A DNA stretch of 49,803 nt from Candidatus Bathyarchaeia archaeon (GTDB lineage Archaea > Thermoproteota > Bathyarchaeia > Bathyarchaeales > Bathycorpusculaceae): assembly GCA_049969855.1 (NCBI GenBank), contig JBMFOB010000010.1:1-49803 (forward strand), written 5' to 3'. Shown here piece after piece: positions 10,307 to 19,404 of this stretch. Numbering within the stretch: the first letter of the stretch is position 1; every line of letters starts with the position of its first letter. Both the position numbers and the translations under genes were made by a program. A model generated the notes under the pieces. It made no database searches, was not told the DNA's origin, and saw nothing but the letters and a program-made list of their open reading frames with translations.

Positions 10307-11019
10307 AAGCCTCCGTTCAAAAGAAAGAATGTTAAAGCGCCGAAGGCGGGCACGGTTAAATTGTCAAAACCTAAGGGTGAACAACCCTCAACAACAGTTG
10401 TAACAGCTGCAACAGCAAAAGCCGTGAAAAGTTTATCGAAAAATGAGAATGGAAGAAGCAGAGAGTAAAAGAATAGGCTGAATGCGAAGATGGCAAAACT
10501 GGCGAAAAACATTGCCGCAGAGCCTTCAAGACTTTTTTCTGCAAAAATTCCATACTTTCTCTTGCCATACTTTTCTCCAACCATGGAAGCTGTTGCGTCT
10601 CCATAAGCCATGGGCAAAATGCCAGCTGCCAAAACCATAACACACTGTTCAGAACCGAAAAGCAAAGCCAAAACAGTGTAGGATATAGCGTAAAAAACTA
10701 GTCCTAACCGATGCCCTTCCTCGGTTATGTCTGCAAGTCCCTTCATTTTTGTGCTTAAATTTTTGAATGGAGAATAGGTGGATGCGAAAAATGTTACGGG
10801 TATGAATGGAGCTGCAACCAGGAATGGGTAAATGTTAGATGTGAAAAATGGGATTATGAAGGGAAGGTTTCCAATCATAATATGCAAGAATTTGCGGGAA
10901 GCCTTTCTTGATATACCTAAAATTTTGTCCATTCTGCCCGACACAAAAATTACAAGCAATATGTAGAAATAGCATAGAAACATCAAAAGAATGTTAGTAA
11001 AAACTTCATCGTCAACCAT
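10303..11019 (-). CDS. CTP-dependent polyprenol/phytol/dolichol kinase-like membrane protein (SEC59/DGK1/VTE5 family)
   Basis: SRKFLH, GDATASMVG, KSLEGS and FDNLTVP motifs; multi-TM. Confidence 0.85.
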   Translation of the reverse strand: MVDDEVFTNILLMFLCYFYILLVIFVSGRMDKILGISRKASRKFLHIMIGNLPFIIPFFTSNIYPFLVAAPFIPVTFFASTYSPFKNLSTKMKGLADITEEGHRLGLVFYAISYTVLALLFGSEQCVMVLAAGILPMAYGDATASMVGEKYGKRKYGIFAEKSLEGSAAMFFASFAIFAFSLFFYSLLLPFSFFDKLFTAFAVAAVTTVVEGCSPLGFDNLTVPAFGALTFFLLNGGL

Positions 11020-11028
11020 TGTTTCACC

Positions 11029-11877
11029 TTAAACGGCTCCAGCAATAAAGGCTAACAATCCAATAAGGAACCATAAAAGAACGGTGTTTTTGATTTTTCT
11101 GGCGTTTTCTCTTGAAAAATCCTTGAGAAGCATAAATGATGATGCCATCAATCCAAAGTCGGTTATTGCCACAAAAGGAAGAAACCAAGGAGAAACGCTT
11201 CCCATAAGCGGTGGAATTGGACTTAAAAAGACCGCAAAAAGATAGAATAATACTGCTGTTATGGCTGCGGTTTTCTCTCCATAAAGAACAGCCAAAGTCT
11301 TCACATTTTGCATTCTATCTCCTTGAACGTCAACTATTCCCTTAGTTATTTCTCTACCCGTGTTTGAGAGAAAAACCATCAAGACGAAAATCAAAACATT
11401 CGGCGCAACCGTGTTAACTGTGGCTACACTTCCATAAATGAACGGCATTGCCACGCATGTGCTGACGAGAAAGTTGCCTGGCAAGCCGCTGCGCTTTCCG
11501 ACCGTAGTGTAAGTTACAAAGATTATCCATGCAATTATGGCTATTAAGAAACAGAAAATGCTCGTCAAAAATGCGCTTATAAAACCTATTGCGGTTAGTG
11601 CTGATGCGAAAATTAGAGCTTCTTTCGGCTGGATTAAGCCGCTTGGAATTGGGCGTTTCGGCTCGTTTACTGCGTCAATTTCCCTATCATAGTAATCATT
11701 TATCGCCATAGAAGCAGCTGTCAAAGCAAAACCTGTAACAAAACCATAGATAAGATTTTGCCAAAAATTGCCTAAAACGTTAGGGTTTGCGAGGGCTGCG
11801 CCTACTACAACAGCAAAACCCATCATTAAACAGTTTATTGGACGCATTAAACGCAAACATCCGCCAATTTTGCTCAT
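11029..11877 (-). CDS. Digeranylgeranylglyceryl phosphate synthase (UbiA family)
   Basis: RPIN, NDYYDREIDAVNEPKRPIPSG and REITKGIVDVQGD motifs of archaeal DGGGPS. Confidence 0.88.
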   Translation of the reverse strand: MSKIGGCLRLMRPINCLMMGFAVVVGAALANPNVLGNFWQNLIYGFVTGFALTAASMAINDYYDREIDAVNEPKRPIPSGLIQPKEALIFASALTAIGFISAFLTSIFCFLIAIIAWIIFVTYTTVGKRSGLPGNFLVSTCVAMPFIYGSVATVNTVAPNVLIFVLMVFLSNTGREITKGIVDVQGDRMQNVKTLAVLYGEKTAAITAVLFYLFAVFLSPIPPLMGSVSPWFLPFVAITDFGLMASSFMLLKDFSRENARKIKNTVLLWFLIGLLAFIAGAV

Positions 11878-11996
11878 AGTTTAAACCTTGCCATAACATT
11901 AAATGTTCATTAAAGTTATAAAATTCACGATTGAATTCGAAAGTTTAATACGTCTGACGCAAGTAAACCATTCTAAAGTCTATTGGTGGTAGGCTT

Positions 11997-13268
11997 TTGA
12001 ATCCTAACTACGCTCCAGAAAGGTTGAGAGTAATAATTCCAGTTGGAGGAAAAGCCACAAGACTGCTTCCGCTTACTGCGGAAACAAGTAAGGCTTGTCT
12101 GCGCATATTGAATAGGCCCCTAATTGAATTTTCCTTACTATCCCTCGCCAGTCAAGGAATCAGAAACTTCATCTTCGGAGTGAAAGGTTACACAAACTAT
12201 CGGGATTTACATGACTATTTTGAATCTGGTTACGGATTCTCCGCAAGATACGACATAAAACCCCGCGTGCACATAAAATATCAACCAAACATAGAAGATT
12301 TGGGAAGCGCAGACTCCGCCAGAATAAACATGGAATACTACAATGTGAGGGACCCTGTTTTCGCTGTGCAAGGCGACAACATTTTTGACGTGAACTTGAA
12401 AGAGCTTGTGGAGTTTCACCAAAAGAAAGGAGCCATCATGACCATAGCCTTGAGGGAAGTTGAAGATGTTGAAGGTTACGGAATAGCCGACATAAACAAG
12501 GACATGAGAATCTCAAAATTTGTAGAAAAGCCATCGCCGAAGGATGCTCCATCAAACCTTGCAAACACGGGTTTGTACATGGTTTCTCCAGAAATAAAAA
12601 AAATCTTCAAAGAAAAAGGGGTTAAAAAAATAATTAAAGAGAGAAATCGCCTAGATTTCGGTTACGATTTCATTCCTTACGTGATAAAGAGTGGAAGACC
12701 AGTTTATGGCTACACTTTGAGGGGAAGCTGGTATGATGTTGGCAACCCGAAACGCTACTTACAGACAATGCAAGACATGCTTCAGGGACGCTTCTCTTCA
12801 TTGACAGACTTTGGCGGCAGAATAAGCGAAGAAGAAAGAATTTGGGTTCAGGGGGAAAGCACAGAAGCAATGAAGAGGAGAAAGGAAATCATAAAGAAAA
12901 TTAAACAGGGAAAAATAGAGGTTGAAGGCGCTGTTCTCATTGGAAGACATTGCCAAATAAGCGACGGCGTAAGAATAGTTAATTCCTGCATTGACAATTA
13001 CACTAAAATTGGCAAAGGCGTTGTGATAGAAAATTCCGCTATTATGGACAGGGTGATAATCGAGGAAAAGGCGGAGATAAAAGAAAGCATCATAGGACGA
13101 CACGTTACAATTCTCTCAAGCCCTAAAAAACAAGCAAAAATAGATGCTGTTTCCGTTGTCGCCGACGACGTAACAATAGCGGAAGGCTGCAAACTGACAG
13201 CAACAAAAATCTATCCACACCAATTTGTGAGAGGAGAATTCACAAATCAGACATTAATGCCAGGCTGA
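11997..13268 (+). CDS. NDP-sugar synthase (sugar-phosphate nucleotidyltransferase with left-handed beta-helix)
   Basis: GGKATRLLPLT, QGDN, FVEKP, WYDVG, and hexapeptide repeats at the C-terminus. Confidence 0.85.
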   Translation: MNPNYAPERLRVIIPVGGKATRLLPLTAETSKACLRILNRPLIEFSLLSLASQGIRNFIFGVKGYTNYRDLHDYFESGYGFSARYDIKPRVHIKYQPNIEDLGSADSARINMEYYNVRDPVFAVQGDNIFDVNLKELVEFHQKKGAIMTIALREVEDVEGYGIADINKDMRISKFVEKPSPKDAPSNLANTGLYMVSPEIKKIFKEKGVKKIIKERNRLDFGYDFIPYVIKSGRPVYGYTLRGSWYDVGNPKRYLQTMQDMLQGRFSSLTDFGGRISEEERIWVQGESTEAMKRRKEIIKKIKQGKIEVEGAVLIGRHCQISDGVRIVNSCIDNYTKIGKGVVIENSAIMDRVIIEEKAEIKESIIGRHVTILSSPKKQAKIDAVSVVADDVTIAEGCKLTATKIYPHQFVRGEFTNQTLMPG

Positions 13269-13270
13269 AA

Positions 13271-13750
13271 ATGAGAATCAACCTATCCGAAATCAGAAAG
13301 AGAACGGTCTCCGCAAGCAAGTATATCAATAATCTCAAATCTCCTTTTAGAGAGAAATTTTTAACAAGAAAACATACATATAAGCTAAACCAAGAGGCAA
13401 TAGCCAGTATTAAAAAATTTGCAGACAAATACTTGATAGTTGTCTTTTCAGCAGAATGGTGCAGAGATTGTGCCGCAAATATTCCAGTTTTAGCCCTAAT
13501 CTCTGAGGAAACTGGTTTAGAAGTTAGAGTGTTTGGAGGTTTAATGAAGGATCCGTTAAGTCATGAAAGAAAATGGAGGGTTCCGCCTTCACCGCCTGAA
13601 GTGGAAACGTTTAATGTTGATAAGATTCCGTTGATAATTTTGTTTGACAAGGAAGGGAGTGAAATCGGGAGGATAGTTGAGAATCCGCATGAGCCGACAT
13701 TGGAAGAAGAGTTGAAGATTATTTTGGAAAGGCATCGGCAGATGGGCTAA
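13271..13750 (+). CDS. Thioredoxin-fold protein
   Basis: SAEWCRDC CxxC motif, cis-Pro KIP, EIGRIVENP. Confidence 0.8.
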   Translation: MRINLSEIRKRTVSASKYINNLKSPFREKFLTRKHTYKLNQEAIASIKKFADKYLIVVFSAEWCRDCAANIPVLALISEETGLEVRVFGGLMKDPLSHERKWRVPPSPPEVETFNVDKIPLIILFDKEGSEIGRIVENPHEPTLEEELKIILERHRQMG

Positions 13751-13755
13751 GAAGG

Positions 13756-14313
13756 CTATGCCTTAAACCATTTGAAAATTAAGTATCTTATCTTTTCCCT
13801 CTCCATGTTTGGCACTGCTATTATGAACCTTTTCCGAACTGTGGTCGCAAGCCTTCCAGCCTTCACAATTTCGGTTGCCGTTATCTCTGATGAAGCGTTT
13901 TTAACCGAAACCATGTAAGGCGCATGTTCAATGCCTGGTCCATGTTTGTAAACGGCGAAGTCGCATCCAAACTTTATTCCCGGCGTAACAATCAAGCCGT
14001 TGTCGCGTAAGTCGCGGTAAACAGCATATTTTTCATCAAACTCATCGTATAATTGCCTAGCTTTCTGACGCAGTTTTTTGAGACTGACTTTTTTCTTTTC
14101 TGCTCCCTCGTGTATGTTTATGATTTGTTTTTCTGCAAGGTATACTCCTTCCATTAAATCTAAAATTAGTGGAACTTCAAATTCTGGAATTTTCGGTTTT
14201 GGAATTCCTAGGGGTTTTCCATAAAAGCCCATTTTGTAAAGTTCTGAGCCTTCAGCGGGGTTCCAGACAATTAAAAAGTTTTCGATGAATTCGACGTTAA
14301 TTTTTTTAGGCAT
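13756..14313 (-). CDS. endA: tRNA-intron endonuclease, catalytic subunit
   Basis: GIKFGCDFAVY (Tyr), GPGIEH (His), GRLATTVRK (Lys) catalytic triad; GFYGKPLG loop. Confidence 0.92.
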   Translation of the reverse strand: MPKKINVEFIENFLIVWNPAEGSELYKMGFYGKPLGIPKPKIPEFEVPLILDLMEGVYLAEKQIINIHEGAEKKKVSLKKLRQKARQLYDEFDEKYAVYRDLRDNGLIVTPGIKFGCDFAVYKHGPGIEHAPYMVSVKNASSEITATEIVKAGRLATTVRKRFIIAVPNMEREKIRYLIFKWFKA

Positions 14314-14329
14314 TTTGGTTTTCGCCTTT

Positions 14330-14989
14330 TCACATAATGAAGGAGAGTATTCTGGCGGCGTCAGCGGCGTCTTCAGCCTTGTCCGCTGAATCCTCTAAAA
14401 GTTGTAGGACATCCCTTAGAAGGATTAATGCTGGGAAGTCAAGTTTGCTATTTAAAAGTTTTATTTCTAATTCGCGGTATAATTCATCAACTGTTCTTTC
14501 TGCAACTTCTACGTCTTTGGCTTTTTCCATGGCTTTAGAAGAGCCATAAGTAAGAACCATGGCGGTTTCCCTAAGTTTGAGCACAGCCTCCAAGACGGTT
14601 TCTGAAAGCTTCAGCAAGTCCCTTTTTATGTCCATGGGAACATTCCAGTTGTGCTCCATGATTTCGACTAGGCGGAAGGCTATGCCCTCTGAGAAGTCTG
14701 CAATTTCGCTTGTTAGGTTTGTAAATCTTAAGAAGTCTTCTCTGCTGAGGAGGATGGCTCCTATTTCTGCAAGTTCCTGCGACACGAGTCTTCTTGCGTT
14801 GTCAACTTCGTCTTCGCTGCTTCTGATTTCGTTGAAGAGCTGTTTTGCCTTTTCCTTATCGTTCTTAACGAAACAGTCTACTATTTGAGGAACCTTTCTT
14901 GTTAAATCCAGAACCTTCCTAAGGTGGTCTTGGCAAACGTTTAAGGCTCTTCTTTTTACTCGTTCTTCTGTTTCTGCTGGAAGCACCAA
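14330..14989 (-). CDS. DUF47/PhoU-like phosphate transport regulator family protein
   Basis: All-helical, with repeated E..VD..R / REDF / AD..ED patterns. Confidence 0.75.
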   Translation of the reverse strand: MVLPAETEERVKRRALNVCQDHLRKVLDLTRKVPQIVDCFVKNDKEKAKQLFNEIRSSEDEVDNARRLVSQELAEIGAILLSREDFLRFTNLTSEIADFSEGIAFRLVEIMEHNWNVPMDIKRDLLKLSETVLEAVLKLRETAMVLTYGSSKAMEKAKDVEVAERTVDELYRELEIKLLNSKLDFPALILLRDVLQLLEDSADKAEDAADAARILSFIM

Positions 14990-15067
14990 ATTTTTCCCGC
15001 CCGCAAATTAAGGCTGTTTTCTTCTACATTAAATAGTGTGAAGTGTTAAAAAAGGTAACGAAAAAGC

Positions 15068-16831
15068 TTAGCCTTTAAATGGCTTTCCTAAATCTTCAAA
15101 ATTGATTTTCCATCTAAAATATTTATGTAAAAGCTCTGGCAAATCTTCAACTTGGCTTCTAACCTGCCTCCAAGAATCTCTGTCTCGAATTGTAACAGTA
15201 TTATCCTTAAAGGTTTCGTAGTCCACAGTTATGCCTAATGGTATGCCAATTTCGTCCGCTCTGGCGTAACGTCTGCCAATGGAACCAGCCTCATCATAAT
15301 CCACGATGAAACCTTCGTTAACCAAATTTTTATGCAATTCCATGGCTTTTTCAGGCAAACTATCCTTGCTTACAAGAGGGTAAACGCCAACTTGAATGGG
15401 TGCAATGTCTCTTGGAAAACTCATCACAGTTCTATCATCCTTAACACGGTAGGCATATTCAAAAGTTACATATAAGAGGCGGTCTGTGCCGAATGTTGGT
15501 TCTATAACGTGGGGTATGAAGCGTCTTCCGCGTTCCACAACTTTTTCATGCTTAATTTCTAAATGTTCTGGCAAAATCTTGTATTTCCCAAGCATAAAGT
15601 ATCCATGCTTTTTAAGGGAACTCTCAACCTCTTTTGGGTCAGCCTTTGAAAGCATTTCAGCAACTTTCGCAGCCTCCTTCTTAAAGGCAGGTCCCAATTT
15701 TTCCATTATTGGCTTTATAGTGACTTGTTCCTTTTCTAACGGTTTCTCGTATTCTTTGAAGATGTACATGTCTTGATTGCTGAATTCCGTATGCCTCTTC
15801 AAGTCGTAATCTGTTCTGTGGGCTGTGGCTGTAACTTCAATCCAGCCCCACCTTTCTACGAGAACTTCTTGGTCAAATGTTTGGGCAGAATAGTGTGCTC
15901 TTTCCCATGGGAGTTTTTCGATGAAACGTTGATTTTCGGCTGGTACCCCTAAGGCTGTTAGGAGTTTCTTTGAAATTGCCATAAAAACTGCTTGCCACTC
16001 GGCTTTAATGTAGCCTTTTTCTAAAGCCTCTTTTACAGTAACCTTCGTGAGTTCTTCGGAACCTTTTAATCTATTCTCAGCCAAAACCAATTGCAAAGTT
16101 TCATTTTCCACCTCTTTTAGCAAGTAGCAGTTTGGTTCTTCTGGGTCAAAGAAAAATTCCAAATCTCCAATTGTGAATTCCCTCAACCTCAAAAGCCCCT
16201 GCCTAGGCGAAATTTCATTCCTCAAAGCACGTCCTATCTGTATTACGCCGAAGGGAAGCTTCTCTCGTGCCATTTCATAAAGGCGTCTGAACTCCACAAA
16301 TATGCCCTGTGCAGCTTCTGGTCTAGCATAACCAACAGCGTCGGAGTATGGTCCTATTGTTGTTTTGAACATGGTTAGAAACTGTTTTGGTTCGCCTAAT
16401 GTGCCGCCGCATTCTGGACAGAGAATTTTTTCCCTTTCAATCATGTTTTTTATTTCTTTTAGGCTTAGTTTTTCCGCTTCTGTTTGTGAGATTTTTGCAG
16501 TTTCTGCGATTAGGTGGTCGGCGCGGAATTTTTTCTTGCATTTTTGGCATTCAACCATGGGCTCTTTAAAATGTTCCACATGCCCAGAAGCTTCGAAAAC
16601 TTTTTCAGGCGCAATTATAGGCGATTCAATTTCCATTATGCCAAGCTTGTAAACGTATAGTTCCCTTATTTTCCTTTCAATGTTCTGTTTCAGCCTTGCG
16701 CCCAAGTGTCCATAAGTGACGAAGCCGCTTGCGCCACCATATATTTCATATGATTGCCAGAAAAAACCTCTTCGGCGGGCTAACTCGTTGATTGCCGTGA
16801 ACTTATCCAAAGTTTTTGTTTCCTTTGCCAA
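15068..16831 (-). CDS. glyS: Glycyl-tRNA synthetase (alpha2 type)
   Basis: RRGFFW, SGHVEHF, RPEAAQG, RNEISPRQGLLRLREF, HVIEP, and the GSIGRRYARADEIG anticodon-binding domain. Confidence 0.95.
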   Translation of the reverse strand: MAKETKTLDKFTAINELARRRGFFWQSYEIYGGASGFVTYGHLGARLKQNIERKIRELYVYKLGIMEIESPIIAPEKVFEASGHVEHFKEPMVECQKCKKKFRADHLIAETAKISQTEAEKLSLKEIKNMIEREKILCPECGGTLGEPKQFLTMFKTTIGPYSDAVGYARPEAAQGIFVEFRRLYEMAREKLPFGVIQIGRALRNEISPRQGLLRLREFTIGDLEFFFDPEEPNCYLLKEVENETLQLVLAENRLKGSEELTKVTVKEALEKGYIKAEWQAVFMAISKKLLTALGVPAENQRFIEKLPWERAHYSAQTFDQEVLVERWGWIEVTATAHRTDYDLKRHTEFSNQDMYIFKEYEKPLEKEQVTIKPIMEKLGPAFKKEAAKVAEMLSKADPKEVESSLKKHGYFMLGKYKILPEHLEIKHEKVVERGRRFIPHVIEPTFGTDRLLYVTFEYAYRVKDDRTVMSFPRDIAPIQVGVYPLVSKDSLPEKAMELHKNLVNEGFIVDYDEAGSIGRRYARADEIGIPLGITVDYETFKDNTVTIRDRDSWRQVRSQVEDLPELLHKYFRWKINFEDLGKPFKG

Positions 16832-16919
16832 TTCTGCCAGCCTCTTTATGGTTAAATGTTTTAAAGACTTTAAGGCTTACTAATAATAAATTTTCACATC
16901 AGAAGGGAGGCTTCAAGGT

Positions 16920-17987
16920 TTGAAAATCCTAAGTCATCAAGATTTGCTTGATTTGGTGGATGGCGCTGCAATTTTTTCCGCTGGGGGTGGAGGCGACCCT
17001 GAAACTGGTTATAGCATAGCAGACAACTTGATTAGCCAAGGCTATACTGTTAGGCTTGTTGCTCCTTCAGATGTTCCAGCAGAAGCGAGAGTTGTAAACT
17101 TTGCATGTGTTGGCGCTACAACTGCCATAGGATATGATTCTGATGCGGCAGTGAAAACTTTGAAGGCTTTAGAAGAGTATGCTGGTTTTTCTGCTTTCGC
17201 CACAATTCCCGTCGAACTTGGCGGTTTCAACACATTAGCCGCCGTGGATGTTGCTGCCAGAAGAGGCATTTCCGTTGTAGATGCTGATGGAGCTGGAAGG
17301 GCTGTCCCAGAAGTTCATTTAAAAGTTTACACCATTGACAACATCCCACTAACGCCGATGGCTGTTGCAGATACACACGCAAAAAACGTGGTCATTGTTA
17401 AAGAGACGATGGATGCAAGGGCTGCTGAAAGAATAGCCAGAGTTCTGGCTACAGAATGGAACCAAAGTGCCTACACTGCCAGAAGAATCTTAACAGGCGT
17501 TCAAGTGAAAACTTCACCCATCCAACTTAGCCTTTCAAAGTCCATAAAAATTGGAAAAATACTAAGAACAACAATTGAACCGATAAAGGCTGTTCTGAAA
17601 GAAACTAACGGTTTTAAACTCTTCGAGGGCATCGTGGATAATGTTGAACAAAAAACAGAAGCTGGCTTTACCTTCGTTAACATAAAGCTCAAGGGAACAC
17701 ATGAATGCACTGGCGAAACATTTGAATTCAAAGCAAAAAACGAAGTGCTAATAGCCTATAAAAATGGAAAGCTGACAGCAATCGCTCCAGACATTATAAC
17801 ACCTGTGCATCCGGAAACTGGCAAATGCATAACTGCAGAAAAAATAGAGAAAAGCGATAAAGTTGCTGTCTTAGGTTTGCCTTCGCCGGAGAAGTGGCGG
17901 ACCAAAAAAGGCTTAGAATTGTGGAAGGATGTTCTTCAAAGGTCTAATATTTCTGAGGAATATGTGCCAATAGAAAAATTGCAATAG
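16920..17987 (+). CDS. DUF917 family protein (thiohydantoin-desulfurase-like)
   Basis: GGGGDP, ELGGFN, VVDADGAGRAVPE, KNE and PDII motifs. Confidence 0.8.
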   Translation: MKILSHQDLLDLVDGAAIFSAGGGGDPETGYSIADNLISQGYTVRLVAPSDVPAEARVVNFACVGATTAIGYDSDAAVKTLKALEEYAGFSAFATIPVELGGFNTLAAVDVAARRGISVVDADGAGRAVPEVHLKVYTIDNIPLTPMAVADTHAKNVVIVKETMDARAAERIARVLATEWNQSAYTARRILTGVQVKTSPIQLSLSKSIKIGKILRTTIEPIKAVLKETNGFKLFEGIVDNVEQKTEAGFTFVNIKLKGTHECTGETFEFKAKNEVLIAYKNGKLTAIAPDIITPVHPETGKCITAEKIEKSDKVAVLGLPSPEKWRTKKGLELWKDVLQRSNISEEYVPIEKLQ

Positions 17988-18016
17988 CTCCGCACTTTAC
18001 TTATGTATTCTTTGCT

Positions 18017-18247
18017 CTATTCTAACTTTAAATGTTCGAGGATTTTTGCTTCTTGCATTTTTCCATTTTCATCTATTTGGAATTCAAGCATTACGCGGTC
18101 TTTTGCGTTTTTCTTGCTGTTGAATTCTGTTCCGCATTTTCCACATTGGATGTCTGATTCCATTTCCATAACATACCATGAAGCATCCACGTAAAATTGC
18201 CCGCAATTTGGACAGCGTAAAACAGTAACATCTAACCATGTTTTCAT
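18017..18247 (-). CDS. Small zinc-ribbon protein of unknown function
   Basis: CPNCG...CGKCG pairs; ATG preceded by a GGAG SD. Confidence 0.7.
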   Translation of the reverse strand: MKTWLDVTVLRCPNCGQFYVDASWYVMEMESDIQCGKCGTEFNSKKNAKDRVMLEFQIDENGKMQEAKILEHLKLE

Positions 18248-18335
18248 TTTAAATAATCTCCATTTTAGGCTTAATACAACATAGCACTTTATAAAGCAGT
18301 CGCAAAATATGGAAATGCCAGTTAGGTGTTCGAAA

Positions 18336-19397
18336 TTGCCGAAGATAAAAGTTGCTTTAGTAGGTGTTGGAAATTGCGCTTCAGCCCTAATTCAAGGCTT
18401 ACAATATTATAGTCACTGCGAAAATGATGAAGAAAGCATTGGGCTTCGCCATCTCATCTTAGGAAGCTTTCATCCAAGAGACATACAAATAGTTGCAGCC
18501 TTCGACATAGACAGCCGAAAGGTTGGAAAAGACCTTTCCGAAGCCATTTTTGCACCACCAAATAATGCCCCAAAAATAGTTAATGTTCCCCAATCTAATG
18601 TCATCGTGCAGAAGGGACCGGTCTTGGACGGTGTTGGCGAATATACTAAAAATGTTGTTCAAATTAACACTCAGCGAGAAGTTGATGTTGCAAAAATATT
18701 GAAGGAAAATGGCGCAGAAATAGTTCTCAACCTGCTTCCAAGCGGAGCGGCAAAAGCTTCGCAATGGTATGCAGAACAAGCCCTAAAGGCGAATTGCGCT
18801 TTCGTTAATGCTACTCCAACCTTCATCGCCAGCGATAATAAGTGGGCTAAGCGTTTTGAGGAGGCTGGACTGCCGCTTGTTGGAGACGATTTAATAGATC
18901 AAGTTGGCGCAACCACGTTGCATAAGGTCCTACTTAAACTGCTTTCAATGCATGGGGTTCGCATAACTGAAACTTATCAGTTGGATGTTGGTGGTGGTAC
19001 CGAATCTTTGGATACTTTGGAGAGGACAAGGGAGTTGAAGAGAACTGTTAAGACGCGGTCTGTGGAAGGGGCTTTACCTTATAAGGCTGAGGTTGTGGCT
19101 GGGTCAACGGATTATGTGGATTTCCTTCAGAACAGGCGAGACAGCTACTTCTGGATTAGGGGAATATACTTCTGTAAAACGCCCATGCAAATAGACCTAA
19201 AATTTTCAACTGTGGACGCTCCAAACGCTGGTTCAGTTCTCTTCGATGTTATAAGGGCTGCAAAAGTAGCCTTAGATAGAAAAATGAAGGGAAGCGTGTT
19301 GCCTATTTGTGCTTACGCCTTTAAACACCCGCCGCAGATGGTTTCCTTTGAAACTGCTGAAAAAATGTTCGAAGACTTCATTTTAGAAAAGCATTAG
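18336..19397 (+). CDS. ino1: myo-inositol-1-phosphate synthase family protein (divergent)
   Basis: VGVGNCASAL, AAFDID..KVG, GDD, DAPNAG and KHPP. The likely start is TTG 18336 after AGGTG; the ORF track starts at 18309. Confidence 0.8.
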   Translation: MPKIKVALVGVGNCASALIQGLQYYSHCENDEESIGLRHLILGSFHPRDIQIVAAFDIDSRKVGKDLSEAIFAPPNNAPKIVNVPQSNVIVQKGPVLDGVGEYTKNVVQINTQREVDVAKILKENGAEIVLNLLPSGAAKASQWYAEQALKANCAFVNATPTFIASDNKWAKRFEEAGLPLVGDDLIDQVGATTLHKVLLKLLSMHGVRITETYQLDVGGGTESLDTLERTRELKRTVKTRSVEGALPYKAEVVAGSTDYVDFLQNRRDSYFWIRGIYFCKTPMQIDLKFSTVDAPNAGSVLFDVIRAAKVALDRKMKGSVLPICAYAFKHPPQMVSFETAEKMFEDFILEKH

Positions 19398-19404
19398 GCT
19401 GAAC

